Origin: Macrostomum lignano
Lineage: Eukaryota
Assembly: GCA_002269645.1 (NCBI GenBank)
Contig: NIVC01004088.1
Span: 1-60,993 of the forward strand
Reading direction: 5' to 3'
Length of the DNA stretch: 60,993 bases
In this document: positions 42,054 through 60,993 of the stretch, piece by piece
Layout of the letters: every line of letters begins with the position of its first letter
Numbering within the stretch: the stretch's first letter is position 1
Position numbers and translations under genes: made by a program
Notes under the pieces: generated by a model
The model's database searches: none
Told to the model about the DNA's origin: nothing
Seen by the model: the letters and a program-made list of their open reading frames with translations, nothing else

Positions 42054-42529
42054 GTCAATAGCAAACTATTTCTATTTATCTGCCTAGCTAGTGTGAAATC
42101 AACGTGCTAATAAATTTAGTGACTCTGAAGTGCTGCTGGAAGTGTTGCTGTGACATTTTATTCATTTAAATCCGCTGCTGCCGCCTTCTGCAGCCCTTGT
42201 TCTGGTGCCAAATGTAAAACGTGCTTTAGAAAAGTACAGAATTTCCTGCAACAGCTGCCGCAACCTCCTGATCGAAATCAGGAGATTGCGCTCGGTTTCT
42301 GCATCAGCAACAGAGAAATGGCCTTATAGACAGTCGGATCGCGGGTACTGCAGTGTAAAAATACAGCAGAGGTCAAGAGTGCCAGGGGCCGATATGCAAT
42401 TCTTATCGTTCGTTATTCTTCCGTCTGAAATTTTTTCCAGAAAATACGATGGTTGCGAATATTTAAGTCTGGTGCTGGTTAACAAAATTGCATTGTCTTG
42501 CTTTGTCAGCACCTCGAGCACACGTTTAT

Positions 42530-43440
42530 TAGTCACTGGCATCCCAATTTATTAGTTACTGACACTCCAATCAAATTAGTCACTGGCATCCCAATTTATT
42601 AGTTACTGACACTCCAATCTAATTAGTCACTGACACTCCAATCAAATTAGTCACTGACACCCCAATCAAATTAGTCACTGACACTCCAATCAAATTAGTC
42701 ACTGACACCCCAATCTACTTAGTCACTGACACCCAATCTAATTAGTCACTGACACTCCAATCTAATTAGTTACTGACACTCCAATCTAATTAGTCACTGA
42801 CACTCCAATCTAATTAGTCACTGACACTCCAATCAAATTAGTCACTGACACCCAATCAAATTAGTCACTGACACTCCAATCAAATTAGTCACTGACACCC
42901 CAATCTACTTAGTCACTGACACCCCAATCTAATTAGTCACTGACACCCAATCTAATTAGTAACTGACATTCCAATCTAATTAGTCACTGACACCAATCAA
43001 ATTAGTCACTGACGCCCGAATCAAATTAGTCGTTGACATTCCAATCTAATTAGTCACTGACATTCCAATCTAATTAGTCTATGACACCAATCAAATTAGT
43101 CACTGACGCCCCAATCAAATTAGTCGTTGACATTCCAATCTAATTAGTCACTGACATTCCAATCTAATTAGTCTATGACACCAATCAAATTAGTCACTGA
43201 CGCCCCAATCAAATTAGTCACTGACGCCCCAATCTATAAGTCACTGACACCCCAATCAAATTAGTCACTGACATTCCAATCTAATTAGTCACTGACACCA
43301 ATCAAATTAGTCACTGACGCCCCAATCAAATTAGTCACTGACGCCCCAATCTATAAGTCACTGACACCCCAATCAAATTAGTCACTGACATTCCAATCTA
43401 ATTAGTCACTGACACCCAATCTAATTAGTCGCTGACATCC
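42530..43440. repeat. 23-24-bp minisatellite (ccaatcaaattagtcactgacact)n
   Basis: Directly visible, decaying towards about 43600. Confidence 0.95.
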
Positions 43441-44221
43441 GATGCCATTTGTAGTAAGTGACGCCCAACCTTTATTAGTGACTGACACCTTCATTTTCGA
43501 GTCCCTGACGCCCCATTTCAAAAGCAACTGACACCTCATTTTAGTGTTTCCCGACACGCATTCAATATATTTTAGTAGACACTGACATTACGATAAGCGT
43601 CTGACACTATTCTGGCAGACCTGCAGCCATTCTTCTCCCGACAGATAACGAAAAAGGTAAACAGCCGAAGGGAGTCGTATAATCCAGAAGCTTGATGCTG
43701 TCCCTAAAGTTTGAGACTTATATTTACTCTAGATAATATTGTGTGTGTGCATTATGATACCACTGCAGAATATACTCTCGCACCTGTCTCGATCGTGACA
43801 TTTTGATGAAAAAATAGTGCTTTTTAGCATGTCATGGCGAGCAGAGCAGAGTAAAAAATACGTACAGACTTCTATCCAATGCTGGGAAAATTTATCCAAA
43901 AATAATAGCATTTGAGGAACTTTGTGACGTGCAGACTTGATAGATAAACAAAGTGCTTGGTGCTCTAAAATATTTGCCAGAAATTCTGTCAAGTTATTTG
44001 GTAAAGTGTACGAAGTCTTTGCGATCAATACATTGCGCTTCTTTGTTGCTATTGTATTATAAGCTTTTTGGAATTTGTTTAAATAATTTTTTGTATAGCC
44101 TGTTAAAGTTAATAAATAATATTTGCGCACTTAAAGAATAATGTACATCGTGGAGCTTATTAAAATACTCTGTCAAATGTGCATTAGTTCTAGCTGACTT
44201 TCTCCCTGCTCTCGCCCCTAT

Positions 44222-44500
44222 AATGTACATTGATGCTCTTCACTCAAAATATCGTCCCCATCTAGAATGTACATGGATGCTCTTCACTCAAAATCTCGTC
44301 CCCATCTAGAATGTACATTGATGCTCTTCACTCAACATCTCGTCCCCATCTAGAATGTACATTGATGCTCTTCGCTCAACATCTCGTCCCCATCTAGAAT
44401 GTACATTGATGCTCTTCACTCATCATCTCGTCCCTCTCTAGAATGTACATCTATGCTCTTCACTAAACATTTCGTCCCTCCCTGGGATGTACATTCCATC
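44222..44500. repeat. 44-bp minisatellite, about 6 copies
   Basis: tgtacattgatgctcttcactcaacatctcgtccccatctagaa is repeated in tandem. Confidence 0.9.
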
Positions 44501-44551
44501 AGCACAACTAGATAAACCACGGATATAGTAATTGTCTCAAAAGTTTCAGAC

Positions 44552-47500
44552 TTAGAAGCACATAAAATCCAGCGGGTTCTTCTTGCAGACATTGGTCCAA
44601 CAGAGCTCAACACCCAGCACGAACATGGCCATAATGTACAGGCCAATCGTGAGGAAGCAGGTCCCACCGATTCCTTCCAAATTGATCGCGGCCGTTGTCA
44701 TGACAATCTCCGGCACGTGACACTCGGGATTGCTGACCGGGAAGTGCTTTAGCCGGATGAGGTTGGCGATGCCGGTCTCTTTGGCGCGCTGAAGTCTGTA
44801 GGGGCAAATTTGGATAAGATCTCACGTGACTGTTTGGAAATTAATTGTTCTATACTCTTTGAGCCTCTATGAGCAGCAATTAAGATGGACTCCATCCTCT
44901 ATTAGCAGGGCAGAGTAGCCCAGTGTTTATCGCGTCAAAGTACCCTGGTTCCATGCCGATGTTGTGCACGGAAACAGCCTTGAGCTTGTTGTGCGCGATT
45001 CTTGCCCATGAGAACCGACCCCAAGCCACACAGAGTGTGCGTGCTCAGGACTGTCGCCATGCTTTTCAGCGGTGCTTAAAGCCCCTCTCAAATTACGAGT
45101 AGCTAACTATAGCCTGAATGAGCAGTCACGAAGGCGTAATCCAGCAAGTTTGAGCAGTGATGAAGGAAGGATCACTAGCAATATAATATAACTTATCTAG
45201 TCTAGAAATCCTTGTGATGAGGATAGAGTCCAGCTTCTATGTTTTAAAGTACATTCAGTCCTTGAGTTGGGCAAGATGTACTTTTAAAGATTTCAAGACC
45301 GCTATTCTGAATTTGAATATTTTTGAGCCTTTAGTTATTAGCATATCTTTTGGGTTGGAATTCTGGCTTCTATCTGGGGAATTCAATCATAGTAAGGATT
45401 ATCGCTGCTCTACCGCCCATGAACTAATGAAACTCTTGGGTAAAATTTATGCAAGGCCCATAATTCTTACGCTCCGTTGAATGCTGCAGTGTAGAAGGCG
45501 TTCTTGGGGAACACGAGTCCGTTGAAACTCGGATTGAAATAGTCATTAGTAACGTAGGCCTTGTTACAGAAGTTGTTGGCGTAATAGGCGTTCATGTTCT
45601 GGTCCATGATGCACACCTGATAGGGATTGTCCGTGTACATCACCTGCGGGGAATGCCGGGCCAGTAATTATCATGACACTCTGCGTGATAGAAGGTTCAA
45701 TTACCTAATTACAATGTTCAAGGACATGAACACAAGAAGGCGAGAATAGGACGAAATTGGCTTTAGCTAAGCTGCTTACTGAGCTCCCACAGTCTCAGCC
45801 TAACGGATCAGCTCATGGACTGAAAACATGGATTTCTTAAGCTTCAGAATCGCAGTGCAATTTGTAGTCATTCAGGATGCAAAATTGAAACTCAGTGTAC
45901 AAGTTCAAAATCAAATTAAAAACTAACGTTTCTGCCCTAGACTTTACTTCAAGTTGTTCAAGTTGATCGATTGAGTTGCCTAGCCCGATAACCTTAATAA
46001 CCAGCTTTGCATCGCGCGTGTAAAACAGGCTCAATGATATTACACTTCTCAATTGTAAGAACGCGGTAGTGACGGCACGCCTCTGACTCCGATGACAGAG
46101 TGCTGGCATTGAATGCGAGTTGGTAACGTCAAATCCCGCTTCATCAATAGCTAATACCCCATTGTCACAGTTTCTACAGCACAATTCAGTCATCAGGACC
46201 CTGACTACAACTTACGTGTAACCCATACCCAGACCAGGCTCACAAGAGATTATTGAGTTGAGCAGGAAATGTTCTCTACTTAGGCTGCACACTGCATGGT
46301 TATTGTTGGCCTTCGCGAGACCTTTGAGATTGAAATACAAGCAAATAAACTGAAAGAACACCAAGTACCTTTTTCTAATGGAGATTTTCTGGGTCCTTAA
46401 CAATCGTTATTCTAGAAAATGCACTCAACTATAAGGATAGGTCAACACCTGACACTTTAATGGCAATCGCCCGTTGGATTTTTGCTCACACTTAAATGCT
46501 TTCATTTTTTGAAATTCTCTCTGAACGTTTTCTAGTTTCCTGTTAACCATTAGTCTTAGCCTCCGGGAAATCAGCGCTCTGCTCTCGGCATCGTCTCGAT
46601 TCTCAAATCTCCTTAACATGCCTAATCCCGCACGGATGGCCCAGCTCACAGGCTGAGAAATCTGCATTTTAAAAGCCAAGTTCCCGAACCTCTCCACCAA
46701 CCCCCGACCCCAAAAGGCGATTTCCTCTTTTTCAGCGTATATTACCAAGTAAACAGAAAGCTTAGTTTTTGCTCCAGTCTCAGGAAGCTGAGCATATCAA
46801 GTGGATGAAGCTGTTCACTCTGCATGGGTTTCAATTTCTATCCTCACAGTCTATCTTATTTCTCTCTTGAGTAGAGATTGACCTCATCAGTTGATGTCGG
46901 TCCTAGCCAAAATCTGCTTTTAGACGGAGAGCAATTTTTGCTTTGAATGTGGCTTGAATCTTAGCATGATGCTGGAGACACCTGGCAGCTTCACTTTACC
47001 ATGCTGAAAACGATGGCAGCTGGCATCGTTCACTCTCACATTCACTCTCTCATTCACTCTTTCATTCACTCTGACTCTCACTCTCCCATTCACTCTTTCA
47101 TTCACTCTTTCATTAACTCTCACATTCACTCTCCCATTCACTCTCACATTCACTCTCACATTCACTCTCCCATTCACTCTCCCATTCACTCTTTCATTCA
47201 CTCTCACATTCACTCTTCAATTCACTCTTCCATTCACTCTCATTCTCACTCTCACATTTACTCTCCCATTCACTTTCACTCTCACATTCACTCTCCCATT
47301 CACTCTCCCATTCACTCTTTCATTAACTCTCACATTCACTCTCCTATTCACTCTCACCTTCACTCTAACATTCACTCTCCCATTCATTCTTTCATTCATT
47401 CTCACTCTCACTCTCCCATTCACTCTCTCATTTTCTCTCACATTCGCTCTCACTTTCACTCTCACATTCCCATTCACTCTCTCATTCACTATCCCAATCA

Positions 47501-49434
47501 CTCACCGTTTCAGCGCAGGAGGCTTCATTTGCCACCGGCTCCAGTTTGTGCCTCAGCTCAGCCAGGGAGCCGGTCTCGGCCCGCAGGATGGACTGGTGAA
47601 TGCCGCTGCCGGTGACCACGTGCACTTTGTACAGCGGGTCGTCCGCCAGTTCCGAGAGCGACTTGACGGGTCGGCGTTGGACAGTGATGGTCAGCTGGGC
47701 TGCCAGCTCACCTGGAACAATGGTCGCATAATAAATCCATGCCATTCCTGAGTATGTCAAATAATATTTGCAAAACTTCAAAAAATGTTTCTAAACGAGT
47801 AGCGCAATCTAGTAAAACCAAAACTTCAAAAAATGTTTCTAAACGAGTAGCGCAATCTAGTAAAACCGAATGTTAGGTACGAGCGTAAGAAGTGAGTAGG
47901 CATCAGTGAGTCTGACTATCGGTGGGTGAGAATGCGTCGTTAATTCGCTGGGAAAGGAATCCCCCCCGAAAAAATCAATAGCTTCATCTCCACAGCCAAA
48001 TTCTCCCATTCACTCGTAACGATCATTTAAACATCATTTAGCTGTCGTTGAAATTCCTCCGTGTTGCGTGACGACATTCAAAATCGATCTAAAAATCTAG
48101 GTGTGCGTCCGTTAGTCGTAAGACTCTGAACGTCAAAAAAAATTTATATTGGACAGCTGATGTCTTGCAATAGATGGTCAGCAAATCTGCTTTTCTGGAG
48201 TTGTCAAGTTAGCCACTGAAACAAGCGACCTTACTTTTTTAATACGCCTAACCTAATGGGCAGATGTGCAACCGACAGTTCAGCCGCAGCTATCTGAAGG
48301 CTGCGTACGGCTGTTGAGTCCAAGGACTTGGTTGGTCGCCACACACCCTCAATTACCCCAGCTAATGCTGGCACCCATTTTACAGCTGGGTGAACTGAAG
48401 CAATGCAGAGTCAAGTGTCATGCTCAAGGACATAAATTGTTCCGAGGGGGGTGAGAATTGAACCCCCAACCTTTCAGTCGTGAGTCCGACGCTCTAACCA
48501 CTGGGCTACAACCTTTTCCTTGTTATGCCCGACTCTCTTCTCTCTCAAAGATCAGGCACATTCATGCGCCACTCACCTGTGTAAGTTCCGAAGATGATCA
48601 CAGTAAAAAGCCACCAGAAGGCCAGGATGGTTCTGGGGCTGGCCGCGAACGGGAAGAAGTCCTGGCCCTGCTGCAGAAAACTGCCAACCAAGGACCAGAC
48701 GTACTCCTTGTACCAGATCTCATCGGCGATGGCGAACGGCAGACCGAGATTCCAAGCGCTGAACGGGTTAAAATAAGCGAGCACGTACAGAATCATTGAC
48801 ACCACGATGAACATGCCCAGCAGGAGGAGCCACACATCGTAGGTGAACGGCAGGAACACGTTCCAAAGGGCGGTGCCCTGGGCAGGTCGCTTAACGAGAA
48901 TTGTGTGCGACATCGGCAGTATGTCGTTGGAGAACTCAACGCTGCTGTAAGACCCAGAGTTCAGACCGAACAGCAGGGCAATGTCGGCTTTCTGCAAGTA
49001 TTCAATGCCGTGCAGTTGCACTTTTAGGATGCTGGTTCTGAGAACTATAGATAGATGACAAATACGAGCGTAATGGTGATTAAACTGCTTACTCCGTTGA
49101 GAATATCGGCTATGCAGTCCGCCTGACTTCCGCTTGAGCTTGACGCCAAAGATGGGGGTCGAACTAGCGACCTGCAGGTAAAATCATAGATTAGTAAATA
49201 AATTAAGAGACTGTTGGTATGTCACGTTAGCTGTACATACATCGAAGTCTTTGTGTGCAACCGCCTCACTCCGTATGTACAAATGGACAATTCAACGTTA
49301 TTAAGTTCCTATAGCATGACTCACCTGAAGTTCAGAGAGGACTCAAGCACGCTCAGCATGTCGGCATTGTATCCCTCAACCACTTTGCCGCCAAATCCGT
49401 TGCTAGCATTGGTGTAAACTGTGTATGGATTGAT
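44552..49434 (-). CDS. Divergent ionotropic glutamate receptor / IR-like channel (S1-M1-P-M3-S2-M4); 5' end not identified
   Basis: Exons 49434-49325, 49171-49093, 48991-48577, 47711-47506, 45643-45471 and 44795-44552 splice in frame (1227 nt, GT-AG). Motifs: GYNADML...LNF, ILNG|KADIA, VEFS, FLPFTYDVWL (pre-M1), WSLVGSFLQQG (pore), FWWLFTVIIFGTYTGELAAQL (M3) and NLEGIGG (pre-M4). Confidence 0.87.
47020..47500. repeat. 12-bp-period low-complexity repeat (cattcactctcc-like) in an iGluR intron
   Basis: Directly visible. Confidence 0.9.
48233..48513 (-). mobile_element. tRNA-derived CORE-type SINE in an iGluR intron
   Basis: The minus strand has A box TAGCCCAGTGG and B box GGTTCAATTC. These are followed by TGTCCTTGAGCATGACACTTGACTCTGCATTGCTTCAGTTCACCCAGCTGTAAAATGGG (48374-48434), resembling the MIR/CORE domain, and an A-rich 3' end. 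Confidence 0.75.
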
Positions 49435-50027
49435 CTGAAAATCATTTTAACCGCAATGCATGAAAGCTTATGCAATTTTTACTGAAGCAGGACCGCATTA
49501 ACATTTTACTCGTACAACTCTCGGTTGGATTCTAAAGCAGAAAGGCTACATTTTTATTGCCACACCAGATGAAATCCCCGCAGCAGGGATACCATAAATC
49601 TCAATAATACAATCCAGAATTGGCAAGAAGGGGAGATAAGTTTGATGCATAGCTGCCGGAGCTTCGTGCTGTCGGGAGAATATTTCGGCAATCGTACGGC
49701 TGTACGTCTCAGCTGGAAAAAGAACATGCGATGCAGCAGCCAGTTCTCTTCGCACTTCTGGCCGAGAAGCTGTGCATTAATTATGCTGAGGCCAACGGGG
49801 GCTGATAAATTGATGGCCGCTTCTCCCAGGGGGGAGGGCGCAGAAATTGCATCCTCTTATGAAGCGCTGCTGGTAGAGCTGCGGCTTTTCTTTAACTTCT
49901 CATCCAGATGGCGCGTGCTCACTCCTGAGACTGCTGCTCATTTATTTACAGTTCTGCGGCCTTTGGCAGTTCTATAACTATAACGCCCTTTGGCTTTCTA
50001 CAATACATAATAAAAAAAGTACAAAAG

Positions 50028-50672
<645 letters not shown>

Positions 50673-51019
50673 TACAGTTGCGGTTCAAAAGTTCACAATG
50701 ACTTAAGTGCCAGCTAGGCTGTTTACAAGTTCGTACACTTATTCTGTGCCTTTTTCGACAGAGAAACAGAACGATCGCTTTGGAGCAACGAATAAAGAAG
50801 CTTAAAAGCAGGTGATTTTCTATCAAAGAGCTCAGCTTGAAAAACATTTCGCGGGTGCCTTTTCGCACCCAGAGCAGCCACGAATGCATATAAACAAATT
50901 TAACTTTCGCTTCCGTTGCCTTTCCTTGGATTCAATTTCACTGAGAAGCACTTCAATGTGAAAGGTTGAAAAGCTCATGGCTCAATAGCAAGAAAGCAAG
51001 GGCCATTATGAATATATCA

Positions 51020-51400
51020 CTCTCTCCCTCCCTCTCTCCCTCTCCATCTCCCCTCTCCCTCTCCATTTCCCCTCTCCCTCTCCATCTCCCCTCTCCCTCT
51101 CCATCTCCCTCTCCTCTCCATCTCCCCTCTCCCTCTCCATCTCCCCTCTCCCTCTCCATCTCCCCTCTCCCTCTCCATCTCCCCTCTCCCTCTCCATCTC
51201 CCCTCTCCTCTCCATCTCCCATTTCTCTCCGTCTCTCTCTCCGTCTCTCTCCGTCTCCCCTCTCTCCGTCTCCCCTCTCTCTCCGTCTCCCCTCTCTCTC
51301 CGTCTCCCCTCTCTCTCCGTCTCCCCTCTCTCTCCGTCTCCCCTCTCTCTCCGTCTCCCCTCTCCCTCTCAGTCTTTCCCTCTCCGAATCTCCCTCTCTG
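51020..51400. repeat. CT-rich low-complexity repeat
   Basis: Directly visible ccctctccatctcc / ctctctccgtctccc units. Confidence 0.9.
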
Positions 51401-51551
51401 TCTCCAACTTGCGCTCATATAATCTTCATTCATCTCATTCCCTTTGGTCGATCTCTCTGATAGCATATTTCACTTCTCCCTCCCTACGCGTCTCCCGTGC
51501 CTCATTGTCTCAGTACCCATGCCGTCACTAAGCCTGCGAGTCCCCAGACTA

Positions 51552-51810
51552 TCAAAACCTCACAGCCGGCGAGCAAACGTTGAGCACGCGACCCTTGAAG
51601 CTGAGAAACTTGTTGGCAAACAGCAGCTTCTGCCGAGTCTGACGATCGGCAAAGGTCACCGACAGCCGCCCTGTGGCCGAGTTGAAGCGGCCGGATTCTA
51701 CGAATGTTGGCCTGTCGCCGAAGGCTGCGCTGTGTGTTGAGATCAGCTCGATATATGGCGACAGGGCGTGGGAGTCGGCAGCTGAGTAGGACACGTTGTG
51801 ACCGCCGAGT
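51552..51810 (-). other. Coding-like relic, possibly an RRM-type LINE ORF1 fragment
   Basis: GRLSVTFADRQTRQKLLFANKFLSFKGRVLNV has an RRM-like beta-alpha-beta pattern. It is isolated and truncated by (TATC)n. Confidence 0.3.
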
Positions 51811-51847
51811 ACCGGAGCAGTGCCCTGCGATGGGCGGATGGGATGAG

Positions 51848-60965
<9,118 letters not shown>

Positions 60966-60993
60966 ATCAGTCATATTGTCGGCCTGTGTTGCG

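Noticed and set aside
47770-47870. Direct duplication of about 48 bp in an intron
   Set aside because: An ordinary local slippage or duplication with no associated structure.
48443-48513. Functional tRNA gene
   Set aside because: The acceptor and anticodon stems pair poorly and the sequence continues into a CORE domain, so it is a SINE head.

Overview
Eukaryotic (animal) genomic DNA with spliceosomal introns and a very high repeat load. GC-rich exons, huge (GATA)n/(ACTG)n/(CTA)n tracts and many minisatellites fit a free-living flatworm such as Macrostomum; this is an inference, not verified. Host genes: a frameshifted, apparently intronless sacsin-like gene (1-6433, -); a 6-exon SH2-SH2-PTP (SHP2/corkscrew-like) phosphatase whose SH2 domains lack the pTyr-binding Arg (12217-20295, +); a 2-exon rhodopsin-class peptide-receptor-like GPCR (33145-36019, +); and a divergent ionotropic glutamate receptor/IR-like channel (44552-49434, -, 5' end not found). 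Mobile elements: two Penelope-like elements (PLEs), one with an intact-looking minimal hammerhead ribozyme and one with a degenerate one; a 5'-truncated RTE-type LINE with TSDs; a Gypsy RT relic inside a TIR element; a near-palindromic MITE with an 8-bp TSD; an IS630/Tc1 relic; a Crypton-like fragment; and a tRNA-derived CORE-SINE. The most striking unexplained structure is a 4.46-kb, almost perfectly homogeneous array of a highly base-paired 273-nt unit (about 16.3 copies). It sits inside a (TATC)n microsatellite next to a PLE that is itself inserted in the same microsatellite. This suggests a microsatellite-targeted, retrozyme-like RNA without a canonical hammerhead, mobilised by the PLE (hypothesis). 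All coordinates, splice sites and folds were derived by eye, with no database search.
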